Positions 49,329-60,344 are shown, counted from the first letter of the stretch. The stretch: 64,000 nucleotides of DNA from an uncultured Nitrososphaerota archaeon (GCA_964416155.1 CAYQCW010000008.1:32077-96076); one strand, 5' to 3'. The notes: generated from the sequence alone by a model not told the origin. Numbers and translations are program-made.

Positions 49329-50460
49329 ATGAACTCCCGTGAACGCGTGATTGCAGCTATGCGCAGAGAGGATGTGGATTACGTGCCGCTCTCAACTTTT
49401 TTCAGCGAATCCCAGGTTGAGCCTGGCAAGTATAGAGACTGGCAGCGGCAAGACCCCTACGGCGAGCAAGCGCTTCGATTCCAAGTGATGGAGCTAGGCA
49501 TTGACCCTGTTATTCCATTAGATGTTCCAGTCGGCCAGCATCCGGAAGTGTCCTTCAGAGTCTGGGAGGCCCCGGGTAAGCCCCATCCTATCCTCCACAA
49601 GAGGGTTGAGACGTCTGCAGGGCCTCTTACTGCAGCGGTTAGGAGAACTCCTGATTGGCCGCACGGCATGGATGTACCACTAATGTCGGATTTCAACGTG
49701 TCCCGTTTCGTTAAGCCTTGGCTTGAGAACATGGATGATGTTGAGCGCTGGGCTTACCTACACATGCCTCCGGGAAAGCGGGAGGTTGAAGTCTTTAAGG
49801 AAAGAATGGCGAAGGCTAGAGTCCTGGCTCAACGGTTAGGGTTGGCCACTATGGTTACGATTGGAATGGGGCTTACAGCGGCTTTCCTGCTTTTCGGCGT
49901 GAGAAGCATCCGTCTTTCTGTTAAACATCCCGAGGTGATAGAGCTTCTTGGAGGTTGAGCATGAAACAACCATGCGCCAGCTGAAGGTGGCTCTTGAAAA
50001 CGTGGACATTGTGCGTCGCAACGGCTTCTACGAGACCACGGATTTCTGGAGCCCCAGGCAGCTGCAAAACTTTTTAGAGGAACGTCTCCGAGATGAGGCG
50101 GAGCAAGTGCGTTCCGCCGGCAGGGTTTGCTGCTACACGGTTTGCACGGGCGTGATGCCAATATTGGGCTACTTGGCTGAACTTCCTTTCAATGCTTACG
50201 AGGGTATTGAGCCGGCTCTTGGAAACCAGGATATGAGAATCGTGGCTCAGAAGTTCGGCAGTAAAAAGTGTATCTGGGGCGGTGTCAGTGCGCCTGTTCA
50301 TATAGGCCTGGGAAATCCGGAGACGGTGCGTAAAGCGGTTCAGAATGCTTTCCAGATTTTCGGCTGGAGAGGCTTTATTCTCCACGCAGTGCCCTCTATA
50401 CGTGAGCAGTGGCCATGGGAGAATGTTCAGGCTTTCATAGACGAGTGGAAACAGCTATGA
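49329..50460 (+). pseudogene. URO-D family protein split by one frameshift near 49950
   Basis: MNSRERVIAAMRREDVDYVP N-half (49329-49958) and C-half (49948-50460, CIWGGV, GNPETVRKAV) overlap out of frame. Could be a sequencing error. Confidence 0.7.
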
Positions 50461-50576
50461 TCCTGCAATACAGAAAAAAAACGGCGGCATTGTAACATTT
50501 CTGTTTAATGGTGGTTTTAAGACAAGAGGTTACTGGATGCTTAAGCCTTAAATAACATTCTTACTATACTCGATTC

Positions 50577-51572
50577 ATGGGCCGGTATGGTCTTTACCCG
50601 CCTCAAGCAGTCTTCTCTAAAAGAAGGTTTAACAGGGTGATTCTCGACCCTCCTAATTTCAACCAAGGTTCCTAGTGTGGAGCCGGGAAAATATGGGTTG
50701 ACGAGCAGGCCGAGAGAGATGAAGGAGATGAGGAGAGGGTATGCTGTCGAAATATACAGGTCGAAGGATGGTGAAAATTATAGTCTAGTAACATGGATTA
50801 CGACGGAGGAGTTGAGCGAGACGATTGGAACCAGGATTCTGAGCATAGAGAACCAGCAGCTTTTAAAAGACTATTTAACGGGAAGGTATCATCTTTATCT
50901 TTCACCGAATGTTTCAAGGGAGAACCTAGTTGTTGAGGGGAAGGCTTTCACAGAGAGCAGGTGGGAGACATTTCTACTTATTTCGGAAGATTCCTTCTGG
51001 TCCATGGGAGCCTGAAGGCTTCGTAATCAGGGGGAGTGAGGAATACGGCGGCGGGGAATCGAGAGACGCTACCATCGACATAGTTGATGGCAGGTACTTC
51101 TGCCTCTACAAAGCTGGGAAGGTAGGCACGGGTATCGAAGACTGTGTTGGCTGTCAGCAGCGACGGGAAGAACTGGGTTAAGCTTGGGGTACCGACTGTT
51201 GATGGTAAGAGTCAACCGGACTTCTGCTCAGCGGATTAATAATCCCGGGGTCAACGAGTCTGGTTTTCATGGGTACGAAAACGCTGGACGTGATAAGGGG
51301 GAATGCGCCTACCAAACATTTTGTCGCCTACAGTATTGATTTAGCGAGGCTGAATTTAGAAACTATTTTCGAAGGCGTCTGGATCCCTCTTTCACGTTTC
51401 GAACATAACGAGTACCCGATTCACACTATGCTCAAGCCGTCTTCGACAAGATAAGGGGTGACGGGTGGCTAATATAGTTGAAGCAGTGGATCCGAATCAC
51501 AGCAAGGAGCTCGGATGGAGCACAGGAGTAGATCGACTGCTTCTCTACACTTCCGAGATGAAAAAGAAATAA
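50577..51572 (+). pseudogene. Degraded beta-propeller glycosidase-like protein
   Basis: ATG at 50577. Pieces with YRSKDGENY, IENQQL, PSGPW, RDATIDIVDGRYFCLYK and SSDGKNW lie in several frames. Confidence 0.55.
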
Positions 51573-51588
51573 GTGCAGCATGCTGACT

Positions 51589-53508
51589 CTAGAATGGTTT
51601 AGCTGTTATCGCCCTCCCCATTATCGTGATGGCGACTGCTGCCGCGACTGCCAGTGCAATTCCACAGAATGTTCCGGCTATTATCACTCCTCTCCGCACA
51701 ACCCATTTATCCTTACCCATTCTCCTCTCAAGCCATTTTCCGATGAGGGCTCCGATCAACGGTGGAAGCGTGTAAGCGGGAATGTTTTGAAAACCGTATA
51801 GGAAGCCTATCGGGGAGAAGTACTGCGTTGGAAAACGGGAGGAGGCGACAACCATAATGAAGGATAATGCGCTTGAGATAGCTATTACGTCAACCTTGAA
51901 AATCTCTATGGACCTGGAGACCCATAGGGAGAAGTAGAGAGCGGAAATAGGCCAGGAGTAGCTGGCGTAGGGGTAGAAGGCAGACGGTATGGGTGTCATC
52001 GCCCAGAATATTGAGACGTACAGCAGAGATAGGAGAATGGCTATTATGAAGAATATGAGGTAGGCCTTGTAGTAGTCGAGGGGCCTGACCTTCAGGAGCT
52101 TAGCCACGTAGACCCTGTGCGTAATTATCCCGGCGCTACTAGTCACGTGCGTCGGAACCACCCACGGGATCACGTCTCCAGGCCTTGTGAAAGAGACGAA
52201 GAACGCCTCCCTGATATAGGGTATGGTGACCGACAACCCGGTTTCAGCCGTCGCCCTGGCTGTCAGAATGCCTTGAATAAACGGGACTATCGTCCACGTC
52301 ACCACCCAGACGAACCATAGTTCTGGGGCGAGGAAGACTGAAACAAGTAGCCCGCCTACAGACCCGGCGGCGATTAAAGCGATTATCCAGCTGAAAGGCA
52401 GGTATGATGTTTTAAGCTGCTCTGCTGAAAGATGCCTCAGTGAGAGGGTTGCCCTCGCAATGTTTTTGGCTCCGACTGCAAGTATTCCGAGTGCGATTCC
52501 GAGCGTTAAACCTACTTGTGGACTTGCCCATAGGTCGTAGATTGCCCTCTGCCACCACCATTGGATTGATGCGCCGTAAGTCCATTCTCTCTGCCACATG
52601 GTGAAGTAGGGGTGGTCTATCCTGAGTGCTAGGGAGTTTCCGAAAACCCAGACGGCCACTGAACCGATGAACATCCATACCGCGGCGTTGAACGGAATAA
52701 GCCATCCTACCATGTATTGTGCAATATCGGTTCCGACTGCGAAAACAGCTCCAGGCAGGATTCTTTCAATCCCCCCGGTGAGGTCAACCCAAGGGTAGGG
52801 GATGACCGTTATAGCCCTGCCTAGGAAAATGGAGGTTATGTTCGGAATCCCGTAGATGGCGAACTCGTATATGAAGCTTATTACTGCGGCGAATGAGAAG
52901 TACATTATTTTCTCAGGTGTTCTCTCAGTAAGGGTGGAAATCGCCTGGTAATCTATGGGTGCAACCGGGAACGGGAGCTTCTCCACCTCTATGTAGAGCA
53001 TGTTTGTTATGAAAGACACGCCGTAGTCTATCATCAACACGCAAACGTTAACAGTAAGAGAGATCGATATTGGGATTAACCAGTCTGGGGAGAGGAAAGT
53101 CCTGTGAAGTGGACCGTAGCTTCCAAGCTCAGGGACATACCATGTTGGAAGCTTTTCAGCTATACCATACAGAATAGTGTAGGGAGCAGACCTGTAGTAA
53201 TACCTTATTAGGAAATCGCCGAATAATCCTCCCCCGACGAACCATAGAGCTATGGCCTGAAGCATGAAGTATATTATGTAGGCCTCCTGTGATGTTATGT
53301 ATCTCTTGACAAGCCTCCCGGCCTCTGTGAACAGGAGGATTGTGACGAAAACCGGGATGAACCTTTCGGTCCCACCTAAGGAGCCCACAGCCCAACCCAA
53401 GTAGATTATCGCGGGCACGATTACCAAGAGCCCGAACAATACTGCAGAAACCGATACGATCGTCAGTCCAGGGATGAAGGCCTCTTTTTCACGCGCAGCT
53501 TCCTCCAT
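51589..53508 (-). CDS. OPT/YSL-like polytopic membrane protein (module 2, gene C)
   Basis: YIEVEKLPFP, PYPWVDLT..IE.ILPGA, PYIREA, PIPSAFYP. Paralog of 12018-13895. Confidence 0.75.
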   Translation of the reverse strand: MEEAAREKEAFIPGLTIVSVSAVLFGLLVIVPAIIYLGWAVGSLGGTERFIPVFVTILLFTEAGRLVKRYITSQEAYIIYFMLQAIALWFVGGGLFGDFLIRYYYRSAPYTILYGIAEKLPTWYVPELGSYGPLHRTFLSPDWLIPISISLTVNVCVLMIDYGVSFITNMLYIEVEKLPFPVAPIDYQAISTLTERTPEKIMYFSFAAVISFIYEFAIYGIPNITSIFLGRAITVIPYPWVDLTGGIERILPGAVFAVGTDIAQYMVGWLIPFNAAVWMFIGSVAVWVFGNSLALRIDHPYFTMWQREWTYGASIQWWWQRAIYDLWASPQVGLTLGIALGILAVGAKNIARATLSLRHLSAEQLKTSYLPFSWIIALIAAGSVGGLLVSVFLAPELWFVWVVTWTIVPFIQGILTARATAETGLSVTIPYIREAFFVSFTRPGDVIPWVVPTHVTSSAGIITHRVYVAKLLKVRPLDYYKAYLIFFIIAILLSLLYVSIFWAMTPIPSAFYPYASYSWPISALYFSLWVSRSIEIFKVDVIAISSALSFIMVVASSRFPTQYFSPIGFLYGFQNIPAYTLPPLIGALIGKWLERRMGKDKWVVRRGVIIAGTFCGIALAVAAAVAITIMGRAITAKPF

Positions 53509-56500
53509 TATTTCTCACCCACCAGGCTACGCTCCCTAGCCATGTGTATGTATCTCTCCCTCTCCTCAGGATCGAGGACATTCCATATCAGCATCTGCTT
53601 CCTCACCTCGTCGATAAAGGGGTAGTTGAACCTTACCCATGAGTCATATGGTCCAGACACCCTGTTGAGGCTCATTGAAATAAGGAAGTTCTGCTCTGTT
53701 TTACTCTTCAATATCACTATGTTCATATCCTGCTTTATGTTCTGCTCGAATGGTGCCAGCCAGACTCTTGACTTAACAGCAATTCCTGACTCTATCTTGT
53801 CAACATCCACGCTTTCAACAGTGAAGACCCCTGCCCGCTCTATCCTCTTGTTCCAGAGATACTCATGGAGGAAAACAGCCATTCCTGCTGCCCTATCATC
53901 CTCCTTTATACGGAAAGGTATCGGTATGTCCCACGAGTCGCCCTTAGGCTTCGTCTGGAGACGCCACTTCCTCTCTAAGGACGGGGTCACTGTGACGGAG
54001 ACCCTGTAGAACGGGTAGAGCGACGCTGCCAGAACCAGCACTATAACCAGCCCGACAGCTATCATCACGAATGACGACGTGTAGTTAACTGGGAGGTTTA
54101 TTAGGCCTATTTTCCTCGTCAAGTATGAGGCCGAGATGCCTCCGAGATAGCCCGTCATGGAGCCTACGATAGCGTATATGATGTTCTCGCCGAAGAACAT
54201 TAGGCCCACTTGAACCGGTGCAAGGCCGAGGCTACTGTATATGTAGCCCTCGCGTATTCTCTCCATGACTCCTCCGAGAATTGTCGACATCGTTATCAGC
54301 CCCGCGATGATCATAGGTATTAGAATGAATTGGAAGCCAAATAGCGAGATAACGTTCTCCTTGGAGAACCTGTAGACGGTGCCGTTGTACGTCAGATAGA
54401 TGTTTAACCCCTCGAAAGCAGAGAAAACCTCGCCGCACTTCTGATAGATCTCTTCAAAAACCATCCCGTCTGCCGGTATGAAAACACTTGTCAAGCACGA
54501 CTCCGGAATCTGCTCAACTAGACCTGCCGGTACGAATATTACGGATCCTGGGCTTAACGCTGCCTCAGCACGAGGAGGCGTTCTCTCGTTCGAAAGAACA
54601 TATGCGTCCATGGGTAGGATGTCGACGAAACCGTCTGAATCCTTCACATACGCTAGAATTGCAGTCGTGTTAAGTATGCCTGTTACTTTTAAGCGGAAAC
54701 CGTTAACCCAGACGTGGTCACCCGTCTTCACCTTCAGACTTTCTGCAAGGCTGTTCGGCAGCAATGCTGAGAAAACTTCTTCATCTTTAAACATGGAACC
54801 CTCTAACAGTATTTTTTTGAACCCCTTGAACGAGGCCTTCAATTCCATTGAGCTTATTCCGACAGCCGCATAGATCATAGCCTTACTTTTCTCTGAGGAT
54901 ATGACTATTGTGCCAGCAGTCCCCTCCCCAGGAGTAGAAGGAAGATAAACCCAGTACCTCGGAGCATACTGCGTCTTACCGGATATGTAGGTTGATACAA
55001 GGTCGATCAACTTCCTGTTCAACGGAGCGAAGTTGGCTGTTCTCAACAGCACCCCGTTGTAGGCTACCTCGACGGGCGTTGGAGTCACCCTTAAAGCCCT
55101 TATCTCCGTTACAGAAGTTAGAGACGATAGTGAGAAGCTGATGATTATTATGCATAGCATTGTTAACACGGTTCTGAACTTACGCTTCTTCAAGTTGCCT
55201 ACTCCGATAGATATGGCTGAAAACGATACGTCGAACCCGCTTCTCTCTAGAAAATGGGCGCCAAGTACTTCTTTCCTCAGCCTTGAAAGGCCTGTGGAGA
55301 AGTTGGAAAATAGGAAAAACATTACTGGAATAACCAAAGCAACTATCAGCGTCCCTATGAATATTGCAGGAACGTTTACCGCTAGCCCGAAACCAGGGTG
55401 GAATACTGTTAAAAGCAACGCCACGGACAGCGCTACTGCAAGAGTAAGGGCTACGCTTCTAAAGCCACTGCTCAAATTGTAAACTAGTGATGAAAAAAGC
55501 AGGATGAAGGGTATTGCTAAAGCGAATACGAGAATTATGCTCGTAACCGCGTCGCGGACAACGCTCAAGGAGCTTTGGTAAGCCTTGTTGGAGAAACCCC
55601 AAGTCATTAAAGAGTTCGTCAAGAACCCGCTGTAATCCATTTTTGAAATCATTTGGAGGAGAGTCTGGTTAAACATGACTGCGTAATTCAAGTTCTCCAT
55701 CGTCTTGGGGTCTAGAACCTGAATGTCGGCTTGAGCCAAGTATCTGCCGTAGGCCAGCGTCAACATTTCCTTAAACATGCTGTATATTCCGCCCGTTATC
55801 GGAAGCCGGTCTCCCTCTTGTTTAAGATAATACCCATACCCATCCTGGTTCTGTAGAGTCACATTCGTGCATACTGCAACCGTTTTAGCCATAGACGTAC
55901 TTTTTACAACAAAGCCAAATCTGACGCGGGGCGGGGCGTAAACCTGCACAACTGATAGGACTGGGTCGAAGTCGTAGCCGAACGAGTCAAGGACGGAGTA
56001 CCCGGGTATTTGCATCATCAGTACGCTTAAGGAGAGCGGGGTCTCGTAACCACCGTATGACCTGAGTTGCGTCGAATAAGCGTTCGTGGTTCCAAACATC
56101 GAGCTTGGGGAGACCGCAGCCTGCAGGGTGTCCGGGTCGGTTAAATCAAACACGACGGCGCTCCCGCATTTGAACACAACGTTCCTTGTGAATTGTTCAG
56201 GCGAGACTATCGTTACGCTTGAAGGATATGTTCCGGCACCATGCTGCCCTCCGTCTGGAGCATAGATGATTCTCCCCTCCTCGTCGATTACGTAGCTCTG
56301 TAACGGGGTTTGCAACGCAGTCGTCGCCTCGGGATAGGGTCTCAGACCCCTGAACTCCGCGAAGCCTGAAGAGCCTGATTTTGAAAACATCAGCGTGAAT
56401 GGGTCCAACGTGCTTCCCACAGTGACGAAGGCATTTGGAACCGGGCTGTATAGACCTGGGGTGGTTGGATCATACTCAACTACTTCAACCCTTAATACGG

Positions 56501-58022
56501 TAAACCCCACTCCAGTGTAGGTTTCACCCATCCTTAACGGTCTTAAACCCTCCCAACTACCGGGATACCACTTTTCAACCGGAGAGTTCAACAGGTCGAA
56601 AAGGATTTGGAATGTTAATTGGGCCTGGGGAATAACGTTCTGGAAATCGATGAACTCCAGTCTGTCAGACGGTGTGAACACGCGATACCTGAAGTCGTCA
56701 AAAGTAATTATCCCGAGCCCGATGCTATTAGCCAGTTCAAAAGGCTCCATGTCAAGAATATGCTTGAAAGCAAGACCTTTCTGAAAACCAGCGCTGGCCG
56801 AATCATACGCGATGCCGTATAGACCCAACAGGTTTACCGTCCTAACTTTTTCCCAATAGTCTGGGAAAGACTTTTCAAAAGATTGGAGCGATGTTGAAAA
56901 CAATCCGCGGAGCTCCGTAAATTTATTCGCTATGTACCTAGTGTTAATAGAGTACATCATGCCACTGAAAACCACGTTTAAGTGCGGGCTTCCGGAACTG
57001 ATCTTAATGTCGATAGCAAGATACGGAAAGATTTCCCTACCTATCGCAGAATTGTTAAAGTAGAACTGCTCCACGAAGCTTCTTGCACCGGATAGGGCCT
57101 GCCAGTGTCCAGACATCGCTATAAAAAGTACCGTGTATCTTGGTGAGAAACCCTGCTGCTTTAAAGCCCTGATGAGTTCGAGCATGACGGAGATACCTAT
57201 GGCTTCGTCAGCCCCAGGTGAGATTCCTGGGATAACCGACCCGGAGTCATAGTTTGCCGTTATTATGATTATTTTAGACGGGTCTTCGACACCCCTTATT
57301 TCTCCAATAACGTTCACAGCCTCGACTTCTCTCCACTCCATACCGTTAACGAGTTCCACCTTGGGATTGTTTCTGGCAATTTCTCTTAGCTCGGATGCCT
57401 CCTGGCCTGCTACATATACTCTTGGAGTGACAAGAGGAACGGAGGAGATTTTTTTCAACGCATCGAAGCGATTCGTATCGCCGTCTTCTAGGAAAACGAT
57501 GCCGGAGGCGCCCAGCTCAACCATATCTACCCATGCAGACCCGGAGTTAAATTCTAAGAGGACTATGCTACCATTCACGTCAAGCCCCTTAAGCTCCTCC
57601 AGCGTGCCGTGGCCAGCGTAAACCAGCTTGCCAGAAGCCCTCTTTAAGCCGGTTGCTACAACGTTCGGGTAAAGCCCGTAAGCCTTTATTGCTCGACCGC
57701 CTACTTTCACGAATGAGCCGGAGTCATACGGGACCAGCGCCGTATAGTTGAAAAGGCTGACTTTCAACCCGAACTCACTAAACCTGTCCGCTATGATTCG
57801 CGCCGCTTGGAGGGATCCCGGGTAGCCTGTAAACCTTGACTGTATGGATGAAAACAAAGCCACATCGTCTCTTATCCTATCAGCTGAAACTAACGGGACT
57901 TCAACCTGGTTTAAACAGGTTTTTTCTTCAACAGCCTCCCGACTTCCCTGTGCTACTAAGAGGGAAGTAGCAAGCATTATTAGAAACACAACGAATAAAT
58001 GTTTTCTTCGAACCATTATCAT
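53508..58022 (-). CDS. Large fusion: PA + degenerate M28 ectodomain + MacB/FtsX permease + cytoplasmic tail (module 2, gene B)
   Basis: SRFTGYPGS; TANYDS..PGADEAIG..YTVLFIAMSGHWQALSGAR; KRKFRTVLT; ERIREGYIYSSLG; TPSLERKW...FIDEVRKQMLIW. Confidence 0.8.
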   Translation of the reverse strand: MIMVRRKHLFVVFLIMLATSLLVAQGSREAVEEKTCLNQVEVPLVSADRIRDDVALFSSIQSRFTGYPGSLQAARIIADRFSEFGLKVSLFNYTALVPYDSGSFVKVGGRAIKAYGLYPNVVATGLKRASGKLVYAGHGTLEELKGLDVNGSIVLLEFNSGSAWVDMVELGASGIVFLEDGDTNRFDALKKISSVPLVTPRVYVAGQEASELREIARNNPKVELVNGMEWREVEAVNVIGEIRGVEDPSKIIIITANYDSGSVIPGISPGADEAIGISVMLELIRALKQQGFSPRYTVLFIAMSGHWQALSGARSFVEQFYFNNSAIGREIFPYLAIDIKISSGSPHLNVVFSGMMYSINTRYIANKFTELRGLFSTSLQSFEKSFPDYWEKVRTVNLLGLYGIAYDSASAGFQKGLAFKHILDMEPFELANSIGLGIITFDDFRYRVFTPSDRLEFIDFQNVIPQAQLTFQILFDLLNSPVEKWYPGSWEGLRPLRMGETYTGVGFTVLRVEVVEYDPTTPGLYSPVPNAFVTVGSTLDPFTLMFSKSGSSGFAEFRGLRPYPEATTALQTPLQSYVIDEEGRIIYAPDGGQHGAGTYPSSVTIVSPEQFTRNVVFKCGSAVVFDLTDPDTLQAAVSPSSMFGTTNAYSTQLRSYGGYETPLSLSVLMMQIPGYSVLDSFGYDFDPVLSVVQVYAPPRVRFGFVVKSTSMAKTVAVCTNVTLQNQDGYGYYLKQEGDRLPITGGIYSMFKEMLTLAYGRYLAQADIQVLDPKTMENLNYAVMFNQTLLQMISKMDYSGFLTNSLMTWGFSNKAYQSSLSVVRDAVTSIILVFALAIPFILLFSSLVYNLSSGFRSVALTLAVALSVALLLTVFHPGFGLAVNVPAIFIGTLIVALVIPVMFFLFSNFSTGLSRLRKEVLGAHFLERSGFDVSFSAISIGVGNLKKRKFRTVLTMLCIIIISFSLSSLTSVTEIRALRVTPTPVEVAYNGVLLRTANFAPLNRKLIDLVSTYISGKTQYAPRYWVYLPSTPGEGTAGTIVISSEKSKAMIYAAVGISSMELKASFKGFKKILLEGSMFKDEEVFSALLPNSLAESLKVKTGDHVWVNGFRLKVTGILNTTAILAYVKDSDGFVDILPMDAYVLSNERTPPRAEAALSPGSVIFVPAGLVEQIPESCLTSVFIPADGMVFEEIYQKCGEVFSAFEGLNIYLTYNGTVYRFSKENVISLFGFQFILIPMIIAGLITMSTILGGVMERIREGYIYSSLGLAPVQVGLMFFGENIIYAIVGSMTGYLGGISASYLTRKIGLINLPVNYTSSFVMIAVGLVIVLVLAASLYPFYRVSVTVTPSLERKWRLQTKPKGDSWDIPIPFRIKEDDRAAGMAVFLHEYLWNKRIERAGVFTVESVDVDKIESGIAVKSRVWLAPFEQNIKQDMNIVILKSKTEQNFLISMSLNRVSGPYDSWVRFNYPFIDEVRKQMLIWNVLDPEERERYIHMARERSLVGEK

Positions 58023-58142
58023 TAACGTGAAACCATCAAGATTGATTTAAACTTTACGTCGTTAAAAGCCCTCCTAATCTTATGCCCTCAAAGCATAGCG
58101 ATAGGTAGGCTTAAGCCGATATGAAACAACTAGGTCGCGAGT

Positions 58143-58155
58143 TAAAAAAAAGAGG
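58143..58155 (-). terminator. U-rich terminator after module 2 gene A
   Basis: CCTCTTTTTTTTA just after the stop at 58163, identical to 18493-18505. Confidence 0.6.
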
Positions 58156-58162
58156 ATTGGAT

Positions 58163-60145
58163 CTAATAGCCTGTAGGTCCTACGGATATTCCTCCAGTAG
58201 CAGCGTTCACTCCCATGATTATCGTGGCCGCGAGAGTAACACCGACCATGAAGCCTATTGCCATAGGTACTCCAACCTCTTCGTAAGCCTTTGCTCCGAA
58301 CACTTTAAGGGTTATCATTTTCAGTATCCATGCGACCCCGCCGTTTATAAGCCACATTCCAGAGTAGAAGAACAGTGCATATGGGCTGAAGAAGAACCAT
58401 GCGAATCTCGCCCTTAGGAAGAACAGGATTCCGACTACAACTATAGCAAGCGGGAACATCCACCAGTGATAGCCTGCCGGAGGCGCTGCGTCAGCCACTA
58501 CCCACGGTATCTGAGTCCCTGTAATAGCGGCTCCACTGCCGACTCCCCAAGCTTTCAACTGGCCTATTCCAGTGCCATAGATTATGTAGACGCCGACAAG
58601 CATTCCGATTATCGCTGTGATCAATACTCCTAAAACATGCGACTTCAAAATATCTGTCTCCTTCACTTTAGCCGGTTCAACCATGGTGTATGTCGAAGTG
58701 TAGGCCCATGCGGAATGCGTGTTCTGATGTATCGCCCCATTCATGTTAGCAGTTATGCCAATACCTGCCATCGTAGCCCAAGCGCTTTGAGTTTTAGCAG
58801 CCGCCCCACTTGCTGGGAACAAACCTATTCCAGTGCCTACTCCCCAAGCCAAGAATCTCGCTGGAGTAGCGTCTCCTCCCGCTACCCAAGTACCCGTTGC
58901 ACCGCAGACAGCAACCATACCCGTCGTATACAAGAACCACGCGATGAAGCCGACTAGCAGTGGGAGAATGTTGGCTCCGAATATAACCCACAGGATGAGC
59001 CATAGAAGCCATGTGGCCGCAAAACCATACCATACGAATTTATTGGGAAGCTCGCCTGCTGCAAACTCTTTTCTCTTTATGCTTTCGGCATAAGTCTTGT
59101 AGCCAAAAATTATCGTCCAGATGCCGATTGCCAAGGGAGCCCAGTAATAGGCGAAAGCGCTCCATGGGAAGGGCCCTGTCCATGAAGGATTAGTATTTGG
59201 CGTTATCATACCCGTATTAACCAGAACAAGCGGGAACAGGATTTGGAATATGACCAACCAAACAACTATCGATGAAAGTACGTCCAGAGGAGCTAAGTAC
59301 ATGATTGCAGCGTCCGCAGGTATAAACATCCACCAAGATTGTATCGTGTTCTGGGAGATCGAGCTCATAAGGTCAGCGAACCACTGTTGGTAGAATTGGC
59401 CGAATGCAAAGAACACTGTTGTGAATTTAATAATGTAGTTCAACGCTCCGAGTACCCCGATTAAGACTCCTATTCCTATCCCTATTAGGAACGGCAGCTT
59501 CTTCATGTAGCTTGTGAAGGTTCCCTTCTGCTGCTGTGAAAGCATCTCGTTGATCGGGACCATCATGGGGAATGGGAGCCTCTCTTTTTTAACGAGCTGC
59601 AGCCGGATCAACGCCGCTTGGAAAACCATCATTAGGCACCAGATGACGAGTATTACTATCCAGAATGCCAAGTATGGGAACAATCTGCCTAATGGTACGG
59701 CTGCTCTTCCTGCCCATGCTGGGGCGATTAGATCATAGTCGCCGGGAGTCCAGAGGGGCGGGTAATATGGCAAGAGGGCTGCAACATTAGGATTTGTCTT
59801 CGTCAAATAGGTTCCTGCAAATATGAACTGAAGAAACGCTCCTATGACGAACGGGCTGTCTGCAGTTATGAATGCTATTGTAGTTATTACCGCGATCTCC
59901 TGAATTGATAAAGCCTTCATAAAAAGGCTTACCAAGATAAGTATGAACACGAGCCCATAAGGTGGATATATTGGTGCTCCAACTCTGCCTGCGAAAACCG
60001 GCTCCAAAGTTATTCCTAGACCCCACCAAGTAGCTATGTTTGCGAAAAGCCCTATTATGCCGAAGATTATTGCAAGAATTATTGCTCTAATAGTGAAACC
60101 TGCTTTTAACTCTTCTATAACCGTGACAATTTTTGTCTCACTCAA
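58163..60145 (-). CDS. DUF6785/DUF6784-like polytopic membrane protein (module 2, gene A)
   Basis: LVKKERLPFP and C-terminal AWILKMITLKVFGAKAYEEVGVPMAIG. TTG start with GGTGA SD. Confidence 0.72.
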   Translation of the reverse strand: MSETKIVTVIEELKAGFTIRAIILAIIFGIIGLFANIATWWGLGITLEPVFAGRVGAPIYPPYGLVFILILVSLFMKALSIQEIAVITTIAFITADSPFVIGAFLQFIFAGTYLTKTNPNVAALLPYYPPLWTPGDYDLIAPAWAGRAAVPLGRLFPYLAFWIVILVIWCLMMVFQAALIRLQLVKKERLPFPMMVPINEMLSQQQKGTFTSYMKKLPFLIGIGIGVLIGVLGALNYIIKFTTVFFAFGQFYQQWFADLMSSISQNTIQSWWMFIPADAAIMYLAPLDVLSSIVVWLVIFQILFPLVLVNTGMITPNTNPSWTGPFPWSAFAYYWAPLAIGIWTIIFGYKTYAESIKRKEFAAGELPNKFVWYGFAATWLLWLILWVIFGANILPLLVGFIAWFLYTTGMVAVCGATGTWVAGGDATPARFLAWGVGTGIGLFPASGAAAKTQSAWATMAGIGITANMNGAIHQNTHSAWAYTSTYTMVEPAKVKETDILKSHVLGVLITAIIGMLVGVYIIYGTGIGQLKAWGVGSGAAITGTQIPWVVADAAPPAGYHWWMFPLAIVVVGILFFLRARFAWFFFSPYALFFYSGMWLINGGVAWILKMITLKVFGAKAYEEVGVPMAIGFMVGVTLAATIIMGVNAATGGISVGPTGY

Positions 60146-60203
60146 CTCTTTTCACCGCTTAAAACACTTTTTACAACCTTATAAAGTTTTAGGGCTATAA
60201 AAA

Positions 60204-60213
60204 AGCGTGTGCT
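60204..60213. repeat. Intergenic palindrome variant AGCGTGTGCT
   Basis: Between divergent module 2 gene A and moaA. Confidence 0.45.
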
Positions 60214-60344
60214 ATATTAGACTAGGCTTTTTTATTAAAAATACGCTATTTTGAGAAGAGGCGGGTTCCAGCAGTGTCCAAACATGCTTGCGAGGGAGGA
60301 ACCCGGTAAAGTTTTTTATAAACAACTTTTAACATCGTTCACCA

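Noticed and set aside
49940-49960. Programmed frameshift in the URO-D gene
   Set aside because: No slippery heptamer or downstream structure; simple mutation or sequencing error is more likely.
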